A stretch of DNA of 63,990 nucleotides, the filler included, from Dirinaria sp. TL-2023a (lineage: Eukaryota): NCBI GenBank assembly GCA_051941275.1. It is 7 parts of 7 records of this genome, joined end to end, with 100 filler letters (N's around TTAATTAATTAA, not from the genome) between each part and the next. Parts side by side here need not be neighbours in the genome. Positions count along the whole stretch, not along the records: positions 46,700 to 55,911 come from JAVEBF010001080.1; positions 56,012 to 63,990 come from JAVEBF010001248.1; 5 more parts are not named here. One strand, 5' to 3'. How positions within the stretch are numbered: the first letter of the stretch is position 1; the number at the start of each line of letters is the position of its first letter. Under the pieces are notes generated by a model. That model had not been told where the DNA came from and did not search any database. It was given only the letters and a program-made list of their open reading frames with translations. Below are positions 48,385 through 61,304 of this stretch, piece by piece. Both the position numbers and the translations under genes were made by a program.

Positions 48385-50506
48385 GAAGCATGCAAATTCG
48401 CAGTCAGACCGCTTCTACTACTGCACGCGCTGATTAGTCCATGCAATAGAGTGTTGATCGATGTTTGGAGCGAAGCGAGATCAGTAGAATCCAGAACAAT
48501 CGAGGATGGCACGAAGCACAGCGAAGCCGTGGATCATGGGTCTCATTTCTTAGAGGGGCGAGGAGTGGGTGATGGTTGCTGGTAGGAAATCGCTACTCAC
48601 CTGGTATCGTGTGTTCTATTATTCCACGAAATATTTGGAAGCGTGACGCCTGGAATTGGGAGTTGAATATGGCCGTGGGTACGTGACGTGGCGGGAGACT
48701 GTGACCACACTGCCGGCATGCTCACAGGAGTGTTGTAGTTCGAGTGATGATGATTTGAGAATAAGCCTCGATCAGATTTTGTGAACGACCTTCCTGAACC
48801 CTCTATACGCCTCAGGTGTCAAACTCAGCTCTAATGTGCGGGTGCTGCTATTATGTTCCCAGTGGTAGATTTCGGTGACTTTTCCCAATTGGTTGTATTC
48901 GGTCCCTCATGCGCAAACAAAGCGCCAGTTCTGATTGGAGCACACGCGTGAATGACAGACGGTGCTGAATGCTTGTAGATGTGCCACGATTGTAGCCGTT
49001 GGTATGCTTGCAAGTTCAAGCACTGACTGCTGAAAGTTTAGCATCTTGGACTTGGAGCTGGGTACATGTTTGTGCTACCTTCCAATGCCCACTTGGTGTG
49101 CACCGAATTTCCGGATGGCGGTCCAATTGGTATGGTGTCCTCTGCTGCACGATCCCCAGAGATCTCAATCACGTAGATACAGAATCTAGGTGAGGTAATG
49201 AGGTTTAGTAGCTGGTGCGAAAAGGTGGAACGATTGGTGAGGCGCGCAAAAATGCGGTCAGAGGAGCTCTAGATGGTCGACTGCATCACTTAGTGAATCC
49301 GCGCCTCGCCATCCGGCAATTGGCAGACGGCGGGCGGGAAGGCTAGAGAGTTAGGGAACAGTAGCCAGACTGGCGGGCAATAATGTGGCTTTGCTTTTTT
49401 TTTCTTCTTTCAGTTCCTTGATTCTTTTGAGGGGAGGTGCGAGGGTGCAATTTGCGGTGAGTGAAAAGAGAGATTGAGATTTGCGGCGATAGTTCGTTGC
49501 TTGGCGGCATCTGGCATCAGCCAGATGATGCGGGCGGGAACGCAACCCTCATTGCAAGCAAAACGCAGCAGGATCTCGAAAAAGATACGGCACCAGGAAA
49601 AACAGGCGACCATGATGCACGCAACAAGGCGTGCATATGGCGAGAGCCATTGAGCTAGGCATCCTTCGTGGCTCGCTGTAGCTGAAAGGTAGCAGAGCGA
49701 CTCGGTGGGTTGATTGACGGGCGGCCGTGGTTGAGTTGGTCCTGCATGCCGCTTGCATACGTGTCAGTCGGAGCGTCCATCTCTGTTTTGTGCTTGCAGA
49801 TCCCGGCTCTCTGCTAGTTAGCTGGGGGGGAAGGAGCGGCAGACTAGGTAAAGTTCATGACTATTGATGATGATAGCAGGGATGGCCTTGAGTACTTAAG
49901 CGTGAGATAATTGGGATGGGAATAATACTGTAATGGGATGTTGTGGGTTGAAGTTTGAAGGCTACTTAGATACAACAAGACCGCTACCACTAATAGCTGG
50001 ACAGGAAGGGGCGCCCTTCTTGTACCCTTTCGACAGTAGTCGTAGTAGTAGTGGAGAGCGTGACCTCCACCTTCCACCCTGTCAGCTCCCTTGATCTTTT
50101 CCCCTCTCGTCACGGGCAAGCACCTCATGTGCACCGCGACTAAGTAGAATCTAGAATGGGGATGAGAGCAGGCTGAGCAATACACCGCCCGGCAGTAGAA
50201 CTAAGTATGTACCTTAGGGAATGGAATGAATAATAATATCTTGGCATTGAGGCATTCTAATGAGCCTCCTGTCGCTAGGTCGCTCTCTGCTTCTGTAAAT
50301 CTATCTGAGAACTGAAGTCAAGTAAAAAAGGAAAACTCGCCGCGCCTTCTCGTTGATGGAGCGAAATTTGGGCAGAAAAACAACAATCAGACGGGGTTGA
50401 AAAAAAAAGCAGAAAAAAAGAACAAACTCATTCAAAGCAAGGATCCCACTGGTCGCCGACGTGCTGCTGACATTCTCCTACCTCCTCCACTTCCCACTTC
50501 CCAACC

Positions 50507-53183
50507 TCAAGACCTTCTTGCCCTTCTTGCCCGGAATTCTTCCTCGACTTCTCTGTCTATATCCGACTCCGTCCAATCCTCTCCCTTGTACTGACTCATC
50601 GGGAACTTGGATGCGGCAAAGATCAAGGTAGCGGTGTCCATGTCTTCCATGGCTCGTACCTCCTTTCGGAGTCGCTCCGTGCAGCGAGTCTCGTCGAACA
50701 CCCTCGGATTGATTCCTCGGTACCCGTTGTACACCCACATCGCCAGCTCCTCCCATTCCTCCGGCTGTAGCGGGTCTTCCCCGCAATGCTTCTTCGCCCG
50801 CAGCGCCTGCTGCGCTTCCCGGTGGGTAAAGGTCCACCAGCGCGGCAGCGGGGAACCCCGGAGTGCTTCGATGCGGCCGATGATCTGATCCCCTGACCGG
50901 CCGTGGGTGGTGAGCAGAGGCCGAAGTCCGGGCCATCCGTCTCCTCTGAGCGTGCCGTCGAAGATGATTTGGTCTTCCGCGGCACTCCAGGCTCTCTCGC
51001 CGTCGGCGTGGGTGACGGTGCTTGGCGTTTGGGCGTAGTACCCTCCGATGTAGATCGGCGCACCGGACTTGGCGTGAGGCGGCACCTTGGTCAGCTGTCT
51101 CATTGTTAGCAAATGTATGCATTCTGGCTGTTGTCGGACCGCGACTTACCGGCCAATATTGGCCGTTGGTACGGGTGTGATTCCAGAACGCGCGCATCAC
51201 GGTGTTGGGGTCGCCCCCTCCGAAAGTGCGTGCCGGTGGGTGGAGGACGGGTGCCAGATGCTCGGGGATCCATTCTGACGTGTCGTCGCCTCTCCAATGA
51301 GAAGCCGGGGCTGGCTGGTCCAGGCCATCATCACGAGCCATGGCAGCTAGCCTCGTCACCAGCTGGTTGACTGGACCCTGGAATACCAGTCGTGTGGGGT
51401 TATTAGCCACCGGCGCCGGGGTGAACGGGCTGGGCTGAGTGATGAGGGGTGCGTCGAACTGAGGCAACGGTGGGATTTGCGCATCGACTCTAGCTCTGGC
51501 AAAGGTGCTCCTGTCTACTGCAGTCGGCGCGAACACAACACGGCGCGAACGTCTTCCAGAGGCCCTACCTGCTGCTGAGTCGCCTGGCATGTTGTCCTGA
51601 GTGTTCCTCTGAGTGCTATCAACTGGGGAAAGACTCATCTTTGAGGTCCAGTGGCTCAAATCGCCGTCCGTTGGAATACGACCGCTGGAAGATGGAGAGG
51701 ACGACCGTAGTGGTGTGACACGAGCACCAGGAGCTCTTACAGATGGGCTCTCGAACGCTGAGTTGGAAGCCCCACTGGCAGCAGAAGTCTGATTCGAGCC
51801 TATTGCGTTTGATGGGATAGGATTCGAATACGCTTGAACGGATGAAGCTGTTGTAGGCCCACTGACTGGGTTCCAGAGGCTGAATATTCGGTCTGCTGAA
51901 GCGTCGCTGGTCGATTGCCGATTAGTCGACTCAAACGCGGAACGATAGACCGGTCGCTGCTCAGTTCCTGCCAGTGGTTGATACGATTGGAGACCTGTAG
52001 CCTTCACGAATGAGCCTTTGTTGCTCTCAGTTACTGGCAGTCGTGAGTAGTTGCCGTGAGCTGGAACTCTGCCGACGAACGGACCCTGGTTGCTTGCAGG
52101 ACGCCAGCTACTGTAAACCTGGTTCGCTAAGGAGCTGGAGTTGGTTGAGTCGAAAGCAGGAGCAGGTGTTGGAGTGTGTCCGACGATGGATGAATCTGCC
52201 GACAAGCCAGGAGTCCGTGAGATCTTCGTCCAGCTGGAAGGGAGCCGCGGAGTCAAGATTTGTCTTGTACCTAGACGATTTGCTGGAGAGTCGGTACTAG
52301 AAGTTGGGTTGGTCGTCGGAGCAGGAGGAAGTGGAGAGTTGTTAAGAGGAGCTTCTTGTGATGATGAAGTACCAATATCTGAAGCAGGCGCGTTCCGAGG
52401 CACGGTCACCGTGGGATCTGCGGGATATGGATATACAGAAGCTCGAGGTGCGGTTGCCGTTGGATCTGCTGGATATGTATGTGCAGAAGCTCGAGGTACA
52501 GGAGTTGCTGGACCTGCCGGACTCGGGCGTACAGAGGATCGAGGTACAGTGACCGTGGGATCTGCTGGATATGGGTGCACAGGAGCTCCAGTGGTGGGTA
52601 AAGTGAAAGGAACCGAATTACCCTGCTGCTGGAGATTCTGATTCAGCGCCGAGGAACTAGCCACAGTGGTCTTCGAAGGATATCTCGGCAGGTTTGAATT
52701 TGGAATCAAAAGTCTCGGCGTCTGATTTGCACTCTGTTGTGTCGGACCTGGATAACTTGGATGCACGATTGCAGAAAGAGATGGGTCAGGTCTTTGAGCA
52801 CTCTTCAGTTGCGCTTCAAGAAATTGACGCCGAGCTTCGATCATCCTATACTGCTGCACCTCACTACTCTCGACATTTGTATCCTGCCACACTACCTTTT
52901 GAGCTTGAGGTTGATCTTCAGCAAGATCCAGCTGCTGTTGGTAGGAGGAGTTATCAGCTGCTCCAGCCCGGGAAACGCGTTGATGTCCATGCTCTAAAGC
53001 TGTTTGGGAGCTGTCTTTACCGATTTGCTGATGGCCTGGGTCTAGATTCAGCTGTGGGGTGGGTGCACTGTCTAACATTATGACATCCTCATCTGAGTCT
53101 GATATAGATATAGGCCGTGCAGCCGACGCGCCCTCACGATGATCATGATCCATAGGATCACCTGCTGCAAAGCCCTCCATCAT
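50507..53183 (-). CDS. Large low-complexity protein (about 873 aa) with C-terminal Myb/SANT-like segment
   Basis: Exon 53183-51150, intron 51095-51149 (GTAAGT..CTAAC..CAG), in-frame exon 51094-50507 containing WSAAEDQIIF..GW. Confidence 0.7.
52398..52577 (-). repeat. 45-bp coding tandem repeat x4 (YPADPTVTVPRxSVx)
   Basis: Seen in both DNA and protein. Confidence 0.85.
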
Positions 53184-53414
53184 ATAGATGTCTTGCTAGT
53201 CCACACACAAAGATGCACACAATATGATACAAGCAGAGATTGTGCGTGTCTGTACGAGATGGAGATGCGGACAAAAATGCAGACGCGGATGAAACGCGAG
53301 AAAGAAAACAAAAAGTTAGTGATCAGCTTAGTGTTGATTGTTTTCTTATTCACTGTCGACTCTCGCGTCTGCCTTGCTCACAACACAATGACCCCCGAAC
53401 CCTAGGAATGGCAT

Positions 53415-54414
53415 CTAGGAACCACCCAGCTTCTTCCTCAGTGTTTCCGGATCAACTCTCTTCCCAGTCTTATCGAAGAACTTGGAAGAAACATAAGCCC
53501 ACTTCCTTGCCTGATATTGCTCGCTGAGGGCAAAGAGGGTTTTCATCTCAATGATTCAGTCAGCAAACCAGCATGATAGAAAGGGCGAGGGGCCTCACAT
53601 CTTCAATACCTAGGCCATCCTTCTCATCGAAGTAAATCTTTGGACGGCCGTTATCAGGTGGGCCATCGATGACTTTATGCTTCCCTTTGCCCTCATCGCC
53701 AGCTTTCCCTACTCCCTTGCCCTCCTTCCCTTTACCTTTCTTGCCAGTCTCCTTTCCTTCAGCGTTGCTTGCCATGCTCTTAGCAGCGTCGGCAGCCTTT
53801 GCATCACCACCTTGCTTCTCCAGTAGCTCTTTGTAGCGCTCTCTCAATTCGTTCTTACCCCTCCCTTTGATCGCTTCGCCGATCTGTGCCCAGGTCTTGC
53901 GGTCTGCTTTCATCTTCATCAGAGTCTCATCATCAGCCTGTGTCCACGCTGCGCCTTTCTCCGGTTCGGCCGGTGCTGCTGCGGAAGCGGGCTCAGGTGC
54001 TTTCTCCGCTTCAGGAGCTTTATTCGTTTCAGGAGCCGGAACCTTTGCAGGTACTGCTACTGCCGGGGGAGGCGGACGAGTAGGAACCCCATCTTGGGGT
54101 ACTGGGCTAGTGACAGGAAGAGACTTTGCAATTCAAGCGTTAGAGCAGCAAAAGAAAAAGTGAGCACTTACTACGATCCGTCTTCCATGCCTGTCTCTAT
54201 TTTGACGAGGCAAGCCATAGAACAGAAGACTTGCGAAGCTGGTGCCTGCATCTCTCGCCATGTCGTCAAGCGGTGGCTCGTCGATTTCTTTCTTTACAGC
54301 TTCTCTGGGGCGGGAGATTTTGGGCTTGTCTTTGTCTTTCTTTGCTGCTCTGCTGGGGCGGGAGATCCTGCCTTGCCAAGGACCTCCTGTAGAGGGTAAT
54401 TCTATCCTTGACAT
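53415..54414 (-). CDS. Myb/SANT-like domain protein (3 exons)
   Basis: WTQADDETLMKMKADRKTWAQIGEAI..LRERYKEL, last exon YQARKWAYVSSKFFDKTGKRVDPETLRKKL; GTAAGT..AAG and GTGAGG..GAG introns. Confidence 0.8.
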
Positions 54415-54901
54415 GATTGTGAATACACGATGACCTGAGGATCTTGGCACTTTGTGGGAGCTTTCACAGCATGGGACAATACATGAAGAATAGAGAGCAT
54501 GCTACAGCCAGATGGAAAGGTATCTTATGGTTGGAAATTATAGTTGATCGTTTACAAGTAAACGAATACCTCGCTATGACTACAGTAGTTAGGATTTTAT
54601 GCAATGTTATGCATAACACAACAGCTACCTTTGAATAGAAGGGTCCATCAGTAACCTTGAAGTTGTATCCGGACATTAATGTAAAATGTGTTGCTCTCCT
54701 CATTTGTCTGTTCCTCCAATCCTGAGTCTGTTGATACAGTCCTTCAACTATGACAATCCGTCCTCTCCCAAGGATTACACGGCCTTGGCGACCGCATCAA
54801 GCGACAGCTTCCACCTCACCTCTACCCATCTTGCCCTTGCTCCTTTCCACAGCTTCCCACGCTTTAGAGTCTGAAATTCCCTACCATCAAGCTCTGAAAA
54901 T

Positions 54902-55825
54902 ATGCTACCACGCCCCTTGTCGCTATGTCTCGCCCTCCTAAGCCTCGCCTCGCTCGCGCTGGGCCATAATATCCAAATGGGCGCCCATAGCCGAGAATGT
55001 TTCCACGAGCAGCTGCATAAAGACGACAAGATGACCGTGACGTTCCAGGTTGGCGACAGAGAGTTCGGTGGCGCCGGGAATTTGGAAATTGATTTCTGGG
55101 TACGGTGCCCATACTTTTCTTTCTTCCCGCTTCACCTCGGTCTCTCTGCTGCTCATATTTTTTTTGCTAACCCCATCACCCCTGATTCACAGATACAAGA
55201 TCCTGCCAACGGCTACACGGTCCACGAGCGCTCTGTCTCCTCGGGAGATCACAGCTTCGAAGCCGCGCTGGATGGGAAATACGTATACTGCTTCAGCAAC
55301 GAGCACTGGTCGGCCAGCAGCAAGGAGGTCTCCTTCAATGTGCATGGGATAGTCTATGTGCCCGAGAGCGAAGCGCCGAGCGATCCCCTGGAGGCGGAAG
55401 GTAGGACGCCCACCCCTTCTCCCCACGTATCGTACCCGCATGGTGGAAAATCCAAGCTGTGTTAAAGCAGCTATGGACACGAATTTCAAGGTTTAGGCAG
55501 AATCAAGGGGGGGAGTTCCGTTTGGTAAAGACTGCTAATACCCCACGACAGTGAAAAACCTAGCCGAGCTGCTCAACCAGGTCAAAGACGAGCAGTCGTA
55601 CATCGTCATCCGCGAGCGCACCCACAGAAACACGGCCGAGTCTACGAATGGGAGGGTGAAGTGGTGGAGTATCTTCCAGCTCGGGGTGTTGATCGGAGAG
55701 GGCATATTCCAGGTGTGGTGGCTGAAGAGGTTCTTTGAGGTGAGTCTTCACCTTCCTCCGGTCTGGTTCACAAGCTGTAGGGAAGTAGCCAGCTAATGAA
55801 ATCGCAGGTCAAGCGTGTCGTTTGA
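54902..55825 (+). CDS. EMP24: p24/GOLD family cargo receptor Emp24 (4 exons)
   Basis: Signal peptide, ECFHE, GKYVYCFSN, KEVSF, EQSYIVIRERTHRNTAESTNGRVKWWS, FFEVKRVV* tail; three canonical introns. Confidence 0.95.
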
Positions 55826-55911
55826 GAAGAAACTGTAAAATGCCACTGTACGATAGTAATCATTTCAGGTTATGTAGTTCTATACACAGCGAACCAAGGC
55901 AAGTCATAGCT

Positions 55912-56011
55912 NNNNNNNNNNNNNNNNNNNNNNNNNNNNNNNNNNNNNNNNNNNNTTAATTAATTAANNNNNNNNNNNNNNNNNNNNNNNNNNNNNNNNN
56001 NNNNNNNNNNN
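55912..56011. other. Artificial contig spacer
   Basis: 44 N + TTAATTAATTAA + 44 N. Confidence 0.99.
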
Positions 56012-56288
56012 TCGTCAACCCGCCCACCCACTAGACCACGCTACACCGAGTGCAAGAAAGAAAAAAATAGGTAAAACTTTGATTTGGATATATACTTCGA
56101 ATGGCAGCAAAGCGACTTCATCCCTCGCTTCCATCCCTGCACCGAAGAAGAAGAAGAAAAAAAATTAGAAAAAAAACTTGATGGGGGGTATTGATTGATA
56201 TTCTTGCGAAGTAGCGTAGCTTCCACTGATTTTTTTATATTTTTTGGGCTAAATTTCATTCCTTCCAGCACTCTAATTTTTTTTTTTT

Positions 56289-57925
56289 TCATCGCAGCGC
56301 AGCATGGCCCAGCCTTGGACTCTGCGGCGGACTCTCCACGCGGCCCTCAGTCGTGACGGCCTGGCCGAAATTCATGCCTTGAGGCTGATGATAACTCGGG
56401 CTCGCCAGCGGGCTCGAGTAGGCGCCGGGGATGGGCACGGCGTCGTAGGTCTGTTCCCCGGGAGCGGCGGGGACGTGTTCGTTGACCACCGGCTGCTGCT
56501 GAGGAGGAGGCGTGGAAGCGGGTTCGAAGCCATCCTGCTCCACGCGCGGCGTCGCGTGTTGGACTCGGATGGGCGGGGGCTGGAGGGTGAAGGGTTTGGG
56601 TTGGGAGAAGGATTGGTGCTTCGAGGCGAATTGCGTGCTTTCGCCGTTTTCGGCCGCGGAGTAGGAGTCTTCTTCGTTGTGGGTGGTCGGGAAGAAGGCG
56701 GGGGAGCGCGGGCCCTGGAAGCCCGGGGTGTTGGGCGCGGATTGGGTGCGGAGCTGGGCGAGGTAGAGGTCGGAGCGGGCCTTGTCGCGGAGGTCCATGG
56801 ATTTGTGGAGCCGGCGTTTGGAGTAGAAGCGGTAGAAGACGATGCCGTAGATGGCGACGGTGATGACCTCGACGATGATCTCGATGAAAGCGCAGATGAG
56901 CGACCAGTTCTGCAAGCGGCAGATCAGGGCGTAGTCGACGTCCTGATCGAAGAGCGTTTTGCGTTTGCCGTCTTTGCACGACCAGCCCCACATATCCTTG
57001 CCGCCACCGTTCTTTTTGCTCTGGTTGAGAATGGCAGCGCCGATGGCCCACATCACGATGCTGAAGACGAAAAAGCCGACGGCGAAGACGGTGTAGTAGA
57101 CGGCTGCCTTCTCGGCTCGTCTGTGGCCTCCGCGAAAGTATGCAAAGATTACACCGAGGGACAAGGCGAGCGAGACGCAGGCGATGCAGAGGAGTGTGAT
57201 TTGGGGCCATGTTTTCTGATGTGGTGCCCATGCTGGTAAGTTGGCTCTTGTAGGGAGATTTTTCGATGCGTTGAAAATGGAGAAGGTAGTAGAGATCATA
57301 GCAAGGACGATGAGACTGCAGCTGAAATTGACGCCTCGAAGCGCCATCTTTGCCATTCGGACACGGGTTTTGACTTTCTACACAACATATTAGATCCTGT
57401 CGCTTCTTCGCCTTCTTGCACAGCACATACCAAGTCTGCTGCGTTTCTCTTTTCAGCAGTCGCCTCGTGCTTTTCCAACACCTGCTCCTCTCTAAATGTG
57501 GGGCTCAGAGGGTTGAGTCTTCCTGGAGTTCCTGGCACTTTCAGAGCGCTCTTCAGCGGCGATGCAGGTGTAAGTGGCACCTCTACACCAGCGTACGATG
57601 CATGCTTCGAGGCCTGGTTGTCGGACATGTAGCCGAAGCCTACATCCGACGGCTGTGGTTGAGGCATGAGGTACCGAGTTTGAGGAGGATCGGCGAAGGG
57701 AGAGCGGCCTGTGGCCGTTGGGTCTATAGGAGAGTTGACTGATGTAGCTTCGACGAAGCGTGCTGTGCGTGGAGTTTTGAGGGACAGTCCTAGTGACGAG
57801 CACGACGAATTTCGTGACCGGACTGTCACTTTCGCCTGCTTCTTGTCTTCGTAAAGTATTGATTTCTCTGGATCGTTATCGATTGGTGACACTTCCTCGA
57901 ATGTTTTTGGCGGCTCCCTCGACAT
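56289..57925 (-). CDS. ham-8: Hyphal anastomosis protein HAM-8-like four-TM (MARVEL-like) protein
   Basis: KTPRTARF, PLKSALKVPGTP, NPLSPTFREE, intron 57378-57430, KVKTRVRMAKMALRGVNFSCSLIV, WGWSC, LYLAQLRTQSAPNTPG; four hydrophobic helices. Confidence 0.85.
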
Positions 57926-59303
57926 AACTAGCGTGTGCGGCTGACGTGAGACTCGAACTTGGCTAACAGTTATAGACCTTCGCAACCGGTTCTACACTAA
58001 AGCGGCGAATCTTCAAAAACTTCAGTAGGAAGGCGAAAAAATGAAGTTGTGAAAGTCCGATGAGACAATGTGAGCAACTGTACGGAGTAGAGAAGCAGAG
58101 CTGCGAGGTAAGCCTACGGACAGCGGGTGTACCAGGCTTTTCTGGAAGCGCCGCGAGGAGATCGAGGCCGCAATCCTGAAATTGCTGATCCGTCAATCTC
58201 TCAATGGCGGCATAGCTCCACAAAGTGAGCGTTTAGACACTGAAGAAGAGAGGATGGGCTGCCGTACCCATATGTAGACGTGGGCGCGAAGCACTGGGTG
58301 AAGGATTGGGCGGGGAAGACATTTGATAGGTTGACTGGCGGATTCGAGGAGCCCCCAGAAATAGACGCTCGGGAAGGCCAGATGCTCTCCCCTGCTCCAA
58401 TCTGCAGCCTATGCCCGATGCGCTTTGGTGTTTCGGCCACTGCTGTGCTTCGACCCTCGGGAGCAATTCTCAGCTGACACGAAACTTAAGAGGCAATCGA
58501 GGTTGTACCGGTGAGGCACAAGAGACTGAAAGCCATGCTGCACAGTCACCCTTCCTGAGTCTTGCAGTCCAAGAGTTGCCCATTACGACAGCCATGATAT
58601 CGCATTGAACTTCGACGGAGACGGACAACATTTTCGCAGGTGTAGGGAAAGGCTGGCGGTTATTTGGTGACACCCTGCAGAGTGATTGGCATAAAGCGCC
58701 GGCTAGTCTCAAGCTCTAGGGCCTCCAATTGAAGATGGTTGGTTGACGGAGCTGCATGACAGTCGAGCTAAGAAATCATCCCTGCAGCGATTCTGCGTCG
58801 AAGGAGCCACAAGACCGGATGCCTCCCACCATCATTCGAAACATTGAGATACCCACTGCGGCGGTTAGGACGTTAGATTCTGTGGGTGGTTTCAGGCAGA
58901 TACAGATGTGGCAAGAGAATTTGAAACGTACCTTGGAAGTAGACAATCAATGCTCGACTCTTGCCCCGGTGGCCATGCCCTCATCAGCAGGACTATCATG
59001 CGTACGGCAAAAGTCATGCCTGAGTCTCCTCCACTTCAGCTCTGTTATCTGTACCTGGCCTGGTCTCTGAAAGTGTCCCTGTTCAAAAAGACCCCAAATT
59101 AGCAAGATGTGATTGCCGTTCTAGCGTCGCATTCTGCTATTTTGGGTTACTTTATGCTTCTTACCGAGCATGGGTAAGTCTTGGCATACATTAAAGTCCT
59201 GATTTGGGACTTCAGCTTCCTGGGTGTTTTTCCACTGTAGATGGAACAATGCAAAGTAGATGTTGTTTGAAATCACTTGTCGCCTCTAACAAGCGAAGAG
59301 ATT

Positions 59304-59660
59304 TGATTGAATGGGACATATTAGAGAACTTCGACAGTAGCAAAAGGTTGATTGGTCCCTTGATAGACTCGTCAGCTGACGAGATGCTCTCGGAAAGATC
59401 GAACGGGACATATAAGAGGATATCAACATTACCTAGCAAAGAATTGATCTATTAGTAAACTTGATAGCTGACAAATCCCCTCAGGAATGTGTACTTGAAT
59501 AGAATATAGAAGCGAGTTATGACAGTAGCAGAGAGTTGAGCTATCAGTACATTTGTCAGCTGACAAGATGCTCTAGAAAATGTATGATTGAATGAGATAC
59601 AGAAGAAATTATCGACAGTAGCAAAGGTTTAATCTAATTGGACACTTGTCGGCCGACACG
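59304..59660. repeat. Degenerate ~92-bp tandem repeat, about 4 units
   Basis: GCTGAC/GCCGAC near 59375, 59468, 59559, 59652; GACAGTAGCA at 59333, 59521, 59614. Confidence 0.65.
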
Positions 59661-60146
59661 CGGATCCAGAAATTGTGTGATGATTGTTGTTCGATTAGGC
59701 AGAGCAAGCCGGTCGAGCTGTTCGTGGAGCCCCAAAATAGCCAAGATCTGTGCATTGCTATGCGTGCTGTTGCTATTTCTGTAGCTCTATGATGCTCTCT
59801 ATCTACAGTATGCTTTTCCAAACTCAATCTATCGCTGCTTGACCAGCTGTCCAAGACCTCCGGGGGCAGAGCTGTCAGGGGGCCGTGATAACGATGCTAT
59901 GTGATCATGCCGTGTTGTGAATGCTGAAGCTAAGGGTGTGGCGAGTGCTAGGATAAGTCGAGTCCGCTCAAAAGTCCTTTCGCGTCCACGGCTCAAGTCA
60001 GAGTGCTAACCGTTGCCTCTCTCCAATTCTAAACTCGTCAGCTTGCTAAATGATGATGCCAAGATTCTATGCTCCTTCTCCCCCTATCTCCACTCTAGCC
60101 AACTAGGACTGCTGAAAGTCGCCTTTTGACCTGTTCTCCTCGCGGG

Positions 60147-61304
60147 TCAGGAGCGGCGAGGATGTCGAGGTGGAGGAATTGAGGTGATCTTCAAGGTGCG
60201 AATTCGCCCTTGCCACGCGTTCTTAGGCAAAAGCCGTTCCACCGTTTTCTTGCGTCGCAGCGCATGACAATTTTCTCCACATTCAGTATCAAGCAATTCG
60301 TGCTCTATAATATGAGCTTCGACCTCGAGAGCGCATTCGTTCTGACTAAGGCCTCGGATCTTGATTTCGGCATCTTCAAGGTTGGTCAGATCTTCCAATG
60401 CTTCGAGGGCCCTACGCCACGTGGCGTCTTTGTCAATGTCTTGCGGCAGGTCCCTCAACGTGAGGTCGAGCTTGATACGGCGTAGTCCGGCAAATTCCAT
60501 CCCGACGCGGTCGAGCGTTTCGGCCCAGGCGACGTCATGCTTCCATTTCCACAGGCAATCGTCCTTCATGCGTGACCAAGGACGTGTTGAATGTATAAGT
60601 TCTATATTTCGGATCTCTTCCTTTGAGGACGCTGGAAGCATATTGAGAAACGCTCGAAGAGGGCCAATGTTGGTGAATCTGAAGGTATGGAGCCGGTAGA
60701 AGTACTTCGCGGCGCGTTCTGCAATACGCGGATGCACATGAAGCAGCTGCAAGAATCCAGTAGGGATTCTATAGGCCGGGACTTTGTTCTCGCTTGCATG
60801 GGCTCGTTTAGGGTAGTCAAGCTGTCGACGACGCAACTTGGCCGACGGCTGGACATGAGGCTGGCAACACGGCAGTTGATTGGGCAAGCTGTAGGTCAGA
60901 GCCTTGCATCTGGCGGCGATGAATTTGACGTGGAATGTCATTGGATCTACGAAGAGGTACTGGTAGACTTCATCCTGCAGCTCAAAAGGAAGATCCAGAA
61001 ATGGAAATGTCTTGCGTGGTGGCAGACGCACAGTAATGCTGGAAGTAATCTCGGCCTGATCGATCGTCCGGCTCAGTGCCTCTACAGATGGTGCGTCCAC
61101 GTCCAGCTTCGCAGGATTGGCAGGAGATGTAGCCAGACCACCTGTCCGCGTTGTGGGAAGCTTCACCTGGACCTTCCATGGTATCTTGGGCTTCACCTCT
61201 GCAGCTGCTTTTGCCTCCTGGATCATCTTATGGACCTGCGCTTGTTTGCCTGTCTGTGACTTCTTAGGACCAGGACCGCGGTTCTTGCCTTTGGGTTTAG
61301 CCAT
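60147..61304 (-). CDS. F-box-like fungal protein (385 aa)
   Basis: Intact ORF with FPFLDLPFELQDEVYQYLF, then LLHVHPRIAERAAKYFY..TFRF..LRAFL..IRNIEL. Confidence 0.8.
   Translation of the reverse strand: MAKPKGKNRGPGPKKSQTGKQAQVHKMIQEAKAAAEVKPKIPWKVQVKLPTTRTGGLATSPANPAKLDVDAPSVEALSRTIDQAEITSSITVRLPPRKTFPFLDLPFELQDEVYQYLFVDPMTFHVKFIAARCKALTYSLPNQLPCCQPHVQPSAKLRRRQLDYPKRAHASENKVPAYRIPTGFLQLLHVHPRIAERAAKYFYRLHTFRFTNIGPLRAFLNMLPASSKEEIRNIELIHSTRPWSRMKDDCLWKWKHDVAWAETLDRVGMEFAGLRRIKLDLTLRDLPQDIDKDATWRRALEALEDLTNLEDAEIKIRGLSQNECALEVEAHIIEHELLDTECGENCHALRRKKTVERLLPKNAWQGRIRTLKITSIPPPRHPRRS

Noticed and set aside
50478..51149. Arg-rich C-terminus of the 901-aa ORF
   Set aside because: Read-through of the canonical intron 51095-51149; the spliced frame is the 50507-51112 ORF. 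The tail of the 831-aa SNF5 ORF is the same kind of artefact.
9272..56011. TTAATTAATTAA recurring about every 9.3 kb as a biological repeat
   Set aside because: Always centred in 88 N; it is an assembly linker. ORFs containing X runs cross it artificially.
56304..57426. Long ORFs 56304-57239 (+) and 56347-57426 (-)
   Set aside because: Antisense and off-frame shadows of the GC3-rich ham-8 exon.
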